Shown here in pieces: positions 23,722-35,229 of a stretch of DNA of 64,000 bases. The stretch covers positions 62,001 through 126,000 of the forward strand of contig OZ025713.1 in NCBI GenBank assembly GCA_964019335.1, given 5' to 3'. The DNA comes from Diplonema japonicum (Eukaryota > Protista > Euglenozoa: Diplonemea). A program made the translations under genes and the position numbers. Numbering within the stretch: the first letter of the stretch is position 1; every line of letters starts with the position of its first letter. The notes under the pieces are model-generated. The model saw nothing but the letters and a program-made list of their open reading frames with translations, ran no database searches and was not told where the DNA came from.

Positions 23722-24033
23722 TAAAGGAAGCCGGTGTTGGCGGCGCCCTGCACAAGAACTGTCTACTTGATTACAGGGGGCGCGCCACGGCCGAGTTGTA
23801 GCTTCTTCTGCGTTCCGCGTCGTGTCCTTAATGCGTGCGGTGTGGTGCTACTCAACCCTAGCCGGGGCGTCCCGGGTAACCAAGGTTCGTCGCTGGGCTC
23901 TCATGCAAGTTTGCTGCCTGTTCGTCACCCTGAGCATCTGCGTTTCGTTCTTCCACTCGGGCGCTACCGGTGATGACGGAGGTCAACAGCGAACAACGCA
24001 TCTGATGTACTTCTTATATTTCTATGTTATCCC
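23722..24033 (-). mobile_element. Short LINE-derived element, family B (longest copy; others at 36318-36456 inverted, 36516-36600, 37333-37450, 41575-41654, 55388-55627, 56925-57043, 63197-63259)
   Basis: Core ctgtctacttgattacagggggc. Shares the terminus (ta)n-gagttaaagga with family C. Minus frames read LGYPGRP and PPVIK*, resembling the LINE C-termini. Confidence 0.7.
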
Positions 24034-24268
24034 CACCACCTGGGGGGGGGGGGAAAAAATGAAAAGAAAGAGAGGAAAAAGCTATAGCTAGTTTTTTTTT
24101 CTTTTTGCGTATTTGAATGCAGGGTCTATATGTCTTTGTTGTTCGCACGAGCAAAAAAGGTTTTTAAAAAGCTGCGAAAGTTTTTTTTGCTCGGCACAAG
24201 TTGCATATAGTTGTAAAATCATTTTTTGAAAGATAAATATTTGTAACAAAAAAAAAAAAAAAAAAAAA

Positions 24269-27057
24269 GAGATTTAAGGGTACCTGCGGTATGTGGCAGG
24301 ACGCCTGAAGAGTCTCAATCTATCTCTTGATCGAACCTTTCTGCTGTGGTGTGGCCTTCGGCCCCTCGTTCGCCCTCCTCGGTACCTTAGGTATAAAACC
24401 CTCAACCGAGTTGGTAAGGACACAATAGTTGTACAGTTGTTTCTCAAGGATGTGGCGGGTCGCCGGGGAGGCGAATACCGGTCTAGAGGAGTAGCCCCTT
24501 ATGGAGCCGTTGTAGTAACCCAACGTGCGTAGGGAGTGGACAGAGGCTACCGAAGCAGCTGGAATGAGGGGCGCTATGCGCTTATTGGTGTGGATGCGTT
24601 CTAGTGCCGCTATCACCCGGCCTATGACACGCGCGCTCTCCTGGATGTCCTCACCCTCTCCACAAGGCGAGAGTCCTTCTGTGGCAATGAAGTCCACGGC
24701 CAGCTCAAGCCTGGAGACCTGTCCACCTGTTGTACCCCAGTGAAGGGCCGAGAGCCATCGGATGACGTGCGGGAATAGTCGCGGGAGGTACTGTTGCCTC
24801 AAACCGTTGTCGTAGTACCACCTCAGTGACCGCGGCTTGAGCAAACACCCCTTCTCGAAGGGCCTGTTCCACAAGTGAACACTAAAGTCCACAGTCTTCT
24901 TTCGTGCAAAGGCGAGTTGCAAGTTGCCAGTAATCTCCGCCATCATTAGCTGTAACTCAGCTGTTTCCAGCACGAGCCCCCCCGTCGCAATGCCATGCAG
25001 TTGTGTGCACCGGGGCCACTGGTTACGTTGTGCGCATAGTGCCGCCCGCTTCTCGGATGCTGTCCTGATTTGCTCGTGTGCCTGACAGTCCCAGAGGGTG
25101 TGCTCCAGGAGCCTTGACGTATGTTGTGAAACGTCGAAAGTAGCGTCGCAGCCCATGCACTTCGTCCGCCCCCCGACCGTGTCATTGATGACCTTGGGGT
25201 GGAATGGGAAAACGGCCCCCACTATCACCTGTAGCACCCTTCGAGCTTTGGGCGGATTGCGAGTCGCCAGGTGTAAGTGTAGCCCGTTGGTGGCCTTCTC
25301 GTCGATGTTGCCCGTCCCCTGAAAGGAGGGTCTGCTCTCTTCTAGGGCCGTTTGCAGGTGGACCTTCAGGAGCTTCCTGACCTCGTGCTTCAGGGCCCTT
25401 GGCTCCAGGGGTACCCATTGCCGCGCGAACTGCGCCCAGCTGGACCCCAGTTCCCCCAGCAGTTCGTGGGTCTGTCCGAGCATCCCGCAAGGGCCGAGGG
25501 GGCTCCCGCCCCGGGCGGCTTCCTTGTACTTGTCCCTGCACGTTTTAACGAGTGCCCTGGACCCTTCGTCGCTTTGCATCATTCGCGCAAACGTCGTGAT
25601 TCTGCGGTATGCGGCTGCTGAATAAGGGTCCAGCCTGTGACCTTTGAAAGCCACCCCAAGGAGGGCTCCCGAGCGAGTCGGGTTGTGTGGGCCCCATATG
25701 CAAGAGGTAATCTTCTTCCTGAGGGAGTCCAGAAGCGAGTCCGTGGGCGGTGTGTAGAGCACTCCGTAGAGCGCCGCTGGGAGGATGCAGTCCTCTATCA
25801 GTAGAGCCTTACGCGATCTCGTGATGTGGGTTACCGCGAGCCTGTCGACCGCATCCAGCGCCGTGGCAAACCTAGTGTTCTTCGTTCGGGTGGGCTGCAA
25901 GCACACTGTGCACCCCAGCATAGTAATGCTTTTCACTGTTTCAAATACGGTGTCCCCCATTGTCAGCTTGCCTCTGTATCCCTTCTTGGTGCTGAAGGCC
26001 TTTGTTTTCCCCGGGTGTACCAACATGTTCGTCAGGCGGCAGAGCTCGTCAAGCAGGAGAATGGAACTCTGGACCGCCCTCTCCGAGATCCTAGAGAAGA
26101 GGTATAGGTCGTCTGCGTAGGAGATGGGTAGGACTTCTGGGGATGTAGCGACGCATCGCCTGGTGTAGGCAGCGAGGATGGCATTGATGAAGACGGGCGA
26201 GATAGGGCACCCCTGGAGGATCCCATTTGTGGTGCGGAACACCTCCCCTACCCCCGCCTGGAAGCGCAGACGTCGGTCGAGGTTGGCGTACATGGATCTT
26301 AGTGGTCTTAGGATGTTCTCGGACATGCCCAGTCTCTCCGCCAGGTCGAACGTTAATGTGACAGGGATGGAGTCGAAACACTTCCTGAAGTCCACTGACA
26401 GACCATACAGAGGTTCCGCCCCCTGTCGGGCATTTTCCACTTGCGCACACACTTTGAAGAGTAGGTCATCCACACCGTGTTTTGGTCTAAATCCGTGCTG
26501 TGTCGGAGTGATCCACCGTTCCTGCCACTCGAGAATGTCTGGAAGCCTGGCGCACGCCCAAAGGCGGTAGAAGGCACTAGAAACCGTGATCGGGGTGATC
26601 CAGGGGTTCCTCCGACTCAGATTTCGGGATCATCGTGATCTGGGCAGTCAGGATGGCCTGTGGCCACACGCCGGTCGTCTCGATCCAGTCAAAGAGGAAC
26701 AAGAAACCATTGAGGAGCTCCGGGGGTAGGTGTGCTAGCTCACTCAGCCTCCATCCGTCTACCCCCGCACAGTGTTGCCGCTGTTTCTTGTGGAGGACCT
26801 TTTGCAGTTGAGCAAAGGTGAGTTCCGTGGTGGTCATCGAACAGTGCGGGATATATCCCCCGAAGAATTTCACGAACTCTTCAGTAGCCGGCTCCGGTCT
26901 GTCCTTGTACATCTGGAACACAGGACTCCATGCCTCCCTGAACGCGCGGTCGATCTCGCCAAGGTTGGTGCTGAGCCTCCCGTCAGCCGTCCGGACCGCC
27001 AGTAGCTCTCGACTGTTTGCCCTGCACCAGCCCTGCTATGGTCCGTCGATGCTTCGC
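24269..27057 (-). mobile_element. 5'-truncated non-LTR retrotransposon (RT, CCHC Zn finger, ELAVDF C-terminal domain); frameshifts near 26592 and 27030
   Basis: GVDGW, QHGFRP, VDFRKCFD, GILQGCPIS, YADD, CMGC...HTLWDC. Bounded on both sides by T-runs on the element strand. Confidence 0.92.
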
Positions 27058-27220
27058 AAAAAAAAAAAAAAAAAAAAAAAAAAAGCGAGAAAAAGTTGCT
27101 AAAAGAAAGCCTTCAGGGAGGTGTCGAAAAAAAAAAAAAACCAGATATAGTTTCGGAAATATGAAACAGGGGGGGGAGCCCCCCTATTTTCTCCGTGGAA
27201 AAAAAAAAAAAGTTCGTAAA

Positions 27221-29593
27221 TTATCCCACTTTCTCTCTTATTGGGGTAACAGTGCTCAACCCTCCTTCATAGAACTGTTTCACAAAGATGTGAGGGTCAC
27301 CTTTCGCAGCCAGTATCTGAGACACAGCCCAACGTACCACCGGCGATTCATTTTCAGAAACGCTAGCTTGCAGCTTTTCCAGTTCATCTACTGTCAGACA
27401 CCCCCGTCCATGCAAGGTTTCGATCGCTCTGGGGAGCTGTCCCTGCGACGTTTCTGCGCATTCACGTTGGTACATCCACTCCTGAAGGTCTTCGGTCTGT
27501 TGCGTGCCGAGAGCATACACGGTACTTAAAATGTTGTTTCCATCGCATGATACGCCGAGGGGAACTGTAAGAAACTCGTTCGATAGACTAATCTTGACCG
27601 AAAGCGACACAACTACAACAGTGTCAAGAACATCTTCCTCAACAAGCTTCGAGTAAGCTAGCATTGTCTTCAAAGAAGATACAGCATACCCTACTGCTGC
27701 AAATCCTCTGAACGTACTTGAACCAATGTTCCCCGCCTGCATACGACCGTTGACAATGCCCGCGTGGAAATGCTGAAGTTTGGTTCCCGCCATGGCCGAT
27801 GCAGCACGGAAGCACCCTGCTTCACACCGTTGTACTACATCCCAGCTGATGAACAACACGCTTGGGTCGATTGTGCTGAACCCGTGAAGGACGCCTTTCG
27901 TGGATTTCACCACTTCTTCAAGCACACTGAGCGATTCGGTAAACGACGAGGGTTCGAACGTGAAGCTTGCCGCTGCAACGGTACCGCATGAAACTTGATT
28001 GAGGTGCAAGTTGGTCGGCTTCAACACCACCACATCTGAGATGTCAAACTTATTGTTGGTGTTGTTATTGTTGTTGTCATCGTCGTCCCCTGTACTTTTC
28101 TCCGAACCCGAGGACGAGCGTACCGCGTTGTCGATCGTGTAGCGGTCGACGTTCTTGATAAAAAGCGATCTTGGAAGGTACACCTTGTACTCCTCTAGCG
28201 ATTCGACTGCAAACAGCAAACCCTTTGTCAGGCAATCAATCTCTGCTACTACTATACACAATCGCAGCTCACGGATTGCGTTCTTTGTGGCGACAAGATC
28301 CATAACCTCTAAGTTGACCATTGCACGGGACAGAGCCCGCATTGGTCTAGCGATGAAGAACACCTCGCAGAAGGCTAGTATCAAGTCGATAACTAATATT
28401 GCAGCGCACAACACCAGCAGCCTGACGAGTGCAGAGTATATCTTGTCTGAGACAGATGATACGGGCCGCATCCATAACAAGAAAACAGTGTAGTTCCCAC
28501 CGAAACCGTCTGACAGCTTCGTCATTCTTATGAAGTACTCGCCCGATTTAAGAGAAACTCTATCGGTCCGATCGACGTCGTTGAACTTAGTTCGAATGCT
28601 CACGTCGGTTCCGGGGAGGTCGGAAATAAAAAAATTCCCGTTTCTTCCAACAGCACGCGAGGTTGCTTGGCTGACCGTGCTTCCAAGAATAGACAAGGGT
28701 TGTAAACAAGCGGTATCGTATGAAAGTCCGCATGAATCGCAAGTTCCGTTGCACTGTCTTGTTGCAGGCAGGAGGTTGAAGAAAGAGTGGGCATACACAA
28801 CATTCTTAAACGGATCGAGAAGAACAAGCGAGCTTTCACGAACAGCGCTTGCTTGCGCAATGAAATCAGACCACGTTCCTATGCTGAGATAGCTTGTAAC
28901 TAGAACGTTGTATCCGTGAAACGCGTCGCCCGGCGGAAACAAAACAGAATGGTACGAATAGCTGGTAGGACGACCCGTCTTCGACACGATCGGCGCCGAC
29001 CAGAATTCCTTCCCGCCCACCAAGGAGGTCATCAGACCGTCGACAGCACTCGCATTCAAAGAAATCGTTGATACGGAACGACTTTCCACACGCCCAGTAG
29101 TTGTATTGATGCTAAAAATGGGAAGTTTGTGATGAACACCGTCATAAGAAGAACCGTTCAGGCCGCCATGGTAAATCGCAGTATACCACACTCTGTTTAT
29201 ATGCCATACGTTCAGAGCAATGACACCGTCTGTATTGTTGAAAGATCCCCTTCGCAACATGCGAAGAGCCATGGCGAATCCGTTTCGCGTCCTCAGTCTT
29301 GTGTAAAAGTACCGTGCAACCATGGAGGTGAAATCGTGTTTCGACAGGGTTTCCAGCTCCGGGCCGTCGCGGAAAAAATCGCCTGCAGCGCGGACTTCTT
29401 GCCGCACGTGGTCGAAGGACGTCTCGAGTTTACGCAGGGAGCCCTCAATCGCCGCCTTGCTTGTCTCTTCTACCGAATCGTGTAAGGCCGAAACCGACTC
29501 ATTGTACAGTAGTACGCCAGATATTATAGATATTGTTGTTGACACTACCGTTGCCATCGCAATAATCAGCTTCGCAGGGAGGATTGGCCGCAT
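27221..29593 (-). CDS. Receptor-type protein: TM, extracellular sensor, TM/HAMP-like linker, degenerate class III adenylate/guanylate cyclase-like domain
   Basis: Two hydrophobic helices, ARPMRALSRAM, YKVYLP, HAGIVNGRMQAGNIGS..RGFAAVG, EWMY. Confidence 0.7.
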   Translation of the reverse strand: MRPILPAKLIIAMATVVSTTISIISGVLLYNESVSALHDSVEETSKAAIEGSLRKLETSFDHVRQEVRAAGDFFRDGPELETLSKHDFTSMVARYFYTRLRTRNGFAMALRMLRRGSFNNTDGVIALNVWHINRVWYTAIYHGGLNGSSYDGVHHKLPIFSINTTTGRVESRSVSTISLNASAVDGLMTSLVGGKEFWSAPIVSKTGRPTSYSYHSVLFPPGDAFHGYNVLVTSYLSIGTWSDFIAQASAVRESSLVLLDPFKNVVYAHSFFNLLPATRQCNGTCDSCGLSYDTACLQPLSILGSTVSQATSRAVGRNGNFFISDLPGTDVSIRTKFNDVDRTDRVSLKSGEYFIRMTKLSDGFGGNYTVFLLWMRPVSSVSDKIYSALVRLLVLCAAILVIDLILAFCEVFFIARPMRALSRAMVNLEVMDLVATKNAIRELRLCIVVAEIDCLTKGLLFAVESLEEYKVYLPRSLFIKNVDRYTIDNAVRSSSGSEKSTGDDDDNNNNNTNNKFDISDVVVLKPTNLHLNQVSCGTVAAASFTFEPSSFTESLSVLEEVVKSTKGVLHGFSTIDPSVLFISWDVVQRCEAGCFRAASAMAGTKLQHFHAGIVNGRMQAGNIGSSTFRGFAAVGYAVSSLKTMLAYSKLVEEDVLDTVVVVSLSVKISLSNEFLTVPLGVSCDGNNILSTVYALGTQQTEDLQEWMYQRECAETSQGQLPRAIETLHGRGCLTVDELEKLQASVSENESPVVRWAVSQILAAKGDPHIFVKQFYEGGLSTVTPIREKVG

Positions 29594-29940
29594 GGCGTTT
29601 TTGTTGTTCTCCCCCCCTACCCCTGCCCCTGCCCCTGCCCCCCTCTGTTTTTTTTTGTATAAAAAGTACTAAAGAAGGAGTAAAAAAAAAAAAAAAAAAA
29701 GGTTTTTGTTATAACATGCTGGGCAGCCGGTACACGACTATAACCTTGTCGTGCTTAACACATACAACGGGCACGCTCGGTGGGTTCATTTTTTTTCTTT
29801 TCTTTTTTTGCTTTTTTCTTTTTCTTTTTTGCCATGCGCCTGTGTGGCCGGTTTGCAAAAAAAGGAGGACTAGAAGGCCCACCGTCACGCACATAAATTT
29901 AAAAAAAAAAAAAAAAAGAAGAAGAAATAGTGTGGTAAAA

Positions 29941-29984
29941 ATATATGAGTTAAAAAAGGAGGTCTTTTGTGAGACGCCCCCCTT
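29941..29984 (-). mobile_element. Orphan LINE 3' terminus, family C (also 35844-35884, 36086-36115, 41185-41206)
   Basis: atatatgagttaaa..gga.gtct.tgtgagacgcc. Confidence 0.7.
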
Positions 29985-30501
29985 GGAGAAAGAAAAATAA
30001 ATAAAAAAAACGTACTGTGACAAAGAAAAAAAAAAGGGTGGGCGATGTTTAAGGGCGAAATCCCGCTTGAAGACCACAAACTTGCTTTTTCTTTTTTCTT
30101 TTTTCTTTTTTTGTTTTTCTTTTTTTCATCTTGTTAAAAAAAGAAAATTGCACTTTTTCTTTCTTTCTTTCTTTTGTTTTCTTTTCTTTTTCCTCTCGAT
30201 CGGCTGGTACGACTAAAACCAAAGAAGGAAGAAAAAAAACTTAAAAAAAAAAAATCCCCTTTCTTTTTTTTTATTTACTTCCAAGCTTTAGCTTTTTGTT
30301 AGTAAATAATAAAAAAAAAAAAAAAAAACTAATTTATGAAAAAAAAGAAAACCAGCTCAGATTTCACTTTGTGGCGACTCGCTTCGCTCGTGAAGCAAAA
30401 CCACTCTAAAGTTTAAAAAAAAAAAAAAAAAAAGAGAAAACGAGACGCCTACACGTGCAAAAAAAAAAAAAAAAAAAAAAAAAAAGGCGGTTTTTTCATT
30501 C

Positions 30502-31776
30502 TTAGAACCTTTCAACAGAAAAGGGCTCCACGTCGATCCCCGCATGATGCCTCACACCAGTGATCATCCCAGCAAGCATATCAGCGGTAACAGGCGACAG
30601 TGTGGCACCCAAATGACCATGCCCACACAGAAGAAACACATTCGGGTGACCAGGCACACGGGACACCACTGGAAGATAATCAGGCGTTGTGGGCCGCGTG
30701 CCCATCCAGTCCCGAGACGCATCACGCGGGGGCAGATGAGGGAGAAGATCACGAACCTGCTTCTCAAGAAACTCAAACCGAGCCTGAATAGGCGGAGATT
30801 CCGGTGAGGATCCCCACTCTGAAAGCCCCGCAGCACGCAGACGCCCCTTCATCGGCGTGATAAAAAACTTCCCAGGCTGCCACCCGAACGAATGCCGAAC
30901 AATTTCTTCACACCCATCCGGCATCGGGAACTCAATGTGATAACCTCTCTCACCAATAACCGGAAGCGACTGCGCACCATGTGGGTACAGAAGCGGTGTC
31001 TCCCAACCCGCTGCAAGAACTATGGCATCCGAACTATATGTATCAGAATTCCCGTAGACGGTGGAGGTGTGAGGGGAGATCGATTTAACAGTATCGTGAA
31101 CCCATGTACCCCCATTATGAATTATTGTTTCACCCATTGCGGTGAGAAGACCAGATGGGTCTGTGAACGACCATGTGTTTTCCCATGTTGCCGCTGCTGC
31201 AAAACGGTTTGTCGAGGCGAAGACTACAGGTTCAAGGCGTTTCAAGTCCTTTTGGTCCTCGTAGAATGTAGAGGTGAAACCGTGCGCTTCTCGTTTTTTA
31301 TTGTCGGATCGCAGGTTTTCAATTCCGTTGGCATCGGTGGCGAGAAGGATGTGGGCTTGGTGCGTGAAGTTTTCTTTCGCGTCTGGTCCAATGTCTGTGA
31401 AGATGTCCTCCCATGATTGGCCGGCATTTCTGGCGACGGCGGCGAGATTCTTCATTGTTAAATCGCTGTTGTGCTGCTGGCTTGCTTTTAGATATTTTAT
31501 TCCCCACGATGGAAGGCCCTGGAGGCCGCGGATACCAACGGGGCCCCCCATGCAGGATAGCATGAAAGGGAGTTTCGTGAGCATGCCCGGTTGGTTCATT
31601 CCTAGGATCTCGTACCCTGCCATAACCCCGGCATTGCCGTAGGAACAGGCTTTTGTTGTTCCCGATGTTGGGTTTCGGTCGATGATGGTAACCTTTCCTA
31701 CTTTGGCGGTGCGTTGTAAAGACATCGCGATGCTGAGCCCTGCGAAGCCGCCTCCTACAACCGTTATGCTTTGCAT
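30502..31776 (-). CDS. FAD-dependent D-amino acid dehydrogenase (DadA/DAO family), bacterial type
   Basis: VVGGGFAG, CSYGNAG, ERGYH, WMGTRPTTPD.LPV and GHGHLG motifs. 424 aa from the ATG at 31776. Confidence 0.88.
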   Translation of the reverse strand: MQSITVVGGGFAGLSIAMSLQRTAKVGKVTIIDRNPTSGTTKACSYGNAGVMAGYEILGMNQPGMLTKLPFMLSCMGGPVGIRGLQGLPSWGIKYLKASQQHNSDLTMKNLAAVARNAGQSWEDIFTDIGPDAKENFTHQAHILLATDANGIENLRSDNKKREAHGFTSTFYEDQKDLKRLEPVVFASTNRFAAAATWENTWSFTDPSGLLTAMGETIIHNGGTWVHDTVKSISPHTSTVYGNSDTYSSDAIVLAAGWETPLLYPHGAQSLPVIGERGYHIEFPMPDGCEEIVRHSFGWQPGKFFITPMKGRLRAAGLSEWGSSPESPPIQARFEFLEKQVRDLLPHLPPRDASRDWMGTRPTTPDYLPVVSRVPGHPNVFLLCGHGHLGATLSPVTADMLAGMITGVRHHAGIDVEPFSVERF

Positions 31777-31997
31777 TTTTTTTTTTTTTTTTTTTTTTTT
31801 TGGTAGTACTTTTTTTTTGTGTGATTTAATGTGGGGGGAATAAAGGAGAACAAAAAAAAAAAATATAAAATATAAAAAGAAGGGGGGGTTTTTTTTTTTG
31901 ATATTGGGAGGGAAGATAAAACGAGGGGGAAAAAATAAAAAAATAAATAAAAAGTGAGGAGGAGTTTGTGTAAAAAAAAAAAAAAAAAAAAAGATTG

Positions 31998-32033
31998 CTA
32001 TGATAGGAACGAAGTGGTTAGCAACGGCCCACC
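31998..32033. repeat. Dispersed ~35 bp repeat, family F (also 35931-35960 and inverted at 36466-36505)
   Basis: ctatgataggaacgaagtggttagcaacggccc. Confidence 0.7.
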
Positions 32034-33383
32034 AAAAAAAAAAAAAAAAAAGAGGAAAAATAAACTCAAACTCAACCACGGAAGAAGAAAGAAAAGGTTC
32101 AACCCTTAGACGCCCAGGGGGGGTAATTGATTTTCGAAATTTTTCGATTTTGGGTCTTTGTTGGCATTGGGTCAAACATGCTGAGTCTTGAGGTTATTTT
32201 TTTTGATTCGGGGTACGCATTTGGAAGATTTGAAAGATTTGCGTTCATTCCACTAAATATTTAGTGTTTTCGACCCATGGAGGTGCATCGACCGGATGCC
32301 ATGAGTTCATTTGCTTTTCCTGGAAATCATGCATGCGAAACGCGCTAAAATCTCAGTGTGCAATGGGGGTGTTCACTGTTCTGGTGCCTGCGGTGACTGT
32401 TTGTCGCAATGAGATGGACGGCATCTGGGCGAGAAACATTTACATGGAGTTGTGCAAGGCAGGGAGGCAATTTGGTTCAAGGAGAAGAGACCTCGTGCCG
32501 TAGCTGTGTCCAAGGTGCCATAGGTATGCACTCTCGGTTTGGCGTTGGCCGGGAAGGCTGACCTTCCGCATCGTGCTGAGCATTTCTGGACTTCCGCTTA
32601 CCCGGGGGGTCATCCCAGGGGTTGGTGTGAGCACCCTCTTCCTTTTTCCAGCTGCTCTGGCGTCACGACGGTCACAAATTCAGGAAGTATTGTTGCACCA
32701 TCCCGGCACATTCCTTTGCTTTGAACTACTTTCGCTTGGGATCATCCTGTGGTGGGCTGGGGCAGACGGGAGGCCTTCTCACTTCACTCTGTGTACTGAT
32801 TGCTTTTCAATACGTTCTTTACCCATGAATGCCCCGTTATGCTGGTCACCGTCTGGGATCGAGGACACAGGCAGACTGCAAGGCTTGCGATTGCTGCTCG
32901 TGGAACGCTACCGTTAAGGAAAAAATCATGGAAAAATCATGAAAATCCGGAAAATGCCCATTTTTTGGTGTCACCCAGTGTCTCGGCACCCCGTTCTGGG
33001 ATGAAGTTATGAGACCCGGCCAAAAGTCTTGCTGCCCCCATCAGTAAAGGAAGAAAAAAAAAAAAGAAGAAACCTTTACTCGACAGTTAAAAAAAACTTT
33101 ATCTTTTTTTTTTAAAGTGTATATCTCTTGATACTCTTCTTTCTTTTTGGGGGGGGGGGTGATTTCTTTCTTTTGTGCCGAATCAACAGAGAAAGAAAAA
33201 GAAATTAAGAAGAGAAAAGAACAAGGGTTCGTCCACAGCAAAAAAAAAAAACGAAACACAGAGAAACGAAGAGGGAAAAAAAAAAAAAAGAAAAAAAATG
33301 TGAGCTAAAAAAGTTTTTTTTTTTGAAAGCACGTTAATCTTTTGAATGCAAAGTTGCTATGCAATATGGATTCTGATCGATGG

Positions 33384-33418
<35 letters not shown>

Positions 33419-33444
33419 AGGCAAGTTATTTCATTCGTTTGTTT

Positions 33445-33481
<37 letters not shown>

Positions 33482-34979
33482 TTTACAAAAACCTTCATGA
33501 AATGCCGTTCAAACAAATTCCCTTTTTTTTTTTAATTTTCATTTCCTCTTTCTTTCTCTCCCCAAACACACTCCCGCCAAACGCTCCCCCAAAAAAGTGG
33601 GATATTACGGAGCTCTCCTCTGCAAGTTCTGTATTACTTTAGATACGGCTTGTCAGCGAGGATAAAGGAAAGGGGAAGGGAAGGGAGATTAAAAAGGAAA
33701 AAAAAAATCTTTTTTTGTGTGTACACCAAAAGTTAATACTGTGTTTGCGTGTGGGGAGCGAAAAGAGAATTAGGATTCTTACTTATTATGTACCGCACCT
33801 GGGTATGCCTAAGCTGCTTGAGACATTAAGCTGCTGAAATTCTTGCCCCATTGATTTGGGACAATACAGTACATATGACAAAAATCCTGCATGTGAAAGA
33901 AGAAGAACAGAAAAAAAAAAAAAGAGAAAAAAAAGAAGAAAATAGACAAAAAAGATATTTGTTTGCGTGCAGTGGTTTACAAAAAAAATCTCTTTTCAAA
34001 AAAAAAAAAAAAAAAAAAAAAAAAAGAAAAGTTTTCTGTAACACAAAAATGCAGCCCCAACAAAATCTTTTTCTTTTTCTTTTTTCTTCTTTTTTTCCTT
34101 TTTTTTTGTCATTTTTTTAATTTGTTCATTAGAAAATTGTGTTGGGTTCTCTTTTTTTTATTTTCTTTTTTTTTTTTTTTTTTTTCGACAAGTCAAAGAC
34201 TCGTTGCAAGGTGGAAAAAATAGAAATAGAAATTATGACAGATAAATAAGAAGACGAGGGAAAAAAAAAAAAAAAAAGAATGGAATCGGGCCGTTGTTGG
34301 CACGTTCTGGGCATGAAACCTGGAGAAGCTTATAAACCCGAAACATTGCCAAGTCTCCCCTTTATGTTTAGACAAGTCAAAAAAAAGAAAAGAAAAAAAA
34401 AAAGAAAGCTAGTTTTGGTGCTTAGCAGAAAATATGATTACTCATTTTTCGCACCGCCAACAACCAGTCTTCCCCCCAAAAAAAAATATACTCGACAAAA
34501 ATAGAGTTTCTTTGTATTTGGAACAAAAAAAAAAAAGAAAAAGAATTCTTCATCGCGGAGCTATTTTCTTTTTTTTTTTTGAAATTCTTATTTTTTGTTT
34601 TTTTTTCTCGCTTTTTTCCTAGTACAAAAAAAAAAAAAAAAAAAAAAGGAAGAAAAAAGAAGAAGAAACATTTAGAGGAAAAAAAACAAAAAACAAAAAT
34701 GATATTTAAGGGAAAAAAAACAAAAGTACGCCCAACTCCCCGTTTTGGATTACAGCACTGTGCCAAAAAATCGGGGGGGGAGTGGGGGCTGCCGATGGAT
34801 ATGTGGGAGGAAACAGGAGAGAGAACAAAAGAAGAAGAGAGAAAAAAAAAACCAGAAAAGATTGCTTTTCTTTTTTAAAAAAAAAAAGCCAAAGTTTTGA
34901 GGGGGGGGACTTCTTTTTTTTCTTTTTAACCACTAAACCCACATCATCTAACATATAACATTTCACAAAAAAAGAAACA

Positions 34980-35021
34980 CTCAAAGTACAGGACAAGCCC
35001 CCCCGCTAGAGGGCCGCCCTA
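34980..35021 (-). mobile_element. Orphan LINE 3'-terminal stem-loop, family D
   Basis: ctcaaagtacaggacaagccccccgctagagggccgcccta matches the 3' UTR of the LINE at 42120-42160. Confidence 0.85.
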
Positions 35022-35118
35022 AGAAAAAAAATAAAAAAGAAAATCCATAGACCTCTCCATTTTTCTTTTTATTTTCTTTTTCTTTGAAATTCTGTGGGCT
35101 TAGTGGTTACAAAACCCT

Positions 35119-35153
<35 letters not shown>

Positions 35154-35229
35154 CTTTTTTCACATCACAGCACACAGGGAACACCCAACCTATAAAATGA
35201 GAGATTTTCATTTTTTTTTTTTTTCATTT

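Noticed and set aside
24301-24340. ctgaaga after the family A hairpin as a hammerhead ribozyme core
   Set aside because: No stem II followed by GAAA, the motif is absent from the other copies, and it is antisense to the element.
24320-26473. Assignment to CRE/SLACS spliced-leader-targeting retroposons
   Set aside because: The related element carries an APE remnant, no C-terminal restriction-like endonuclease motif is visible, and no SL RNA gene flanks the elements.
33000-35200. Poly-Lys and poly-Phe ORFs here and in other spacers
   Set aside because: Translations of A/T homopolymer tracts.
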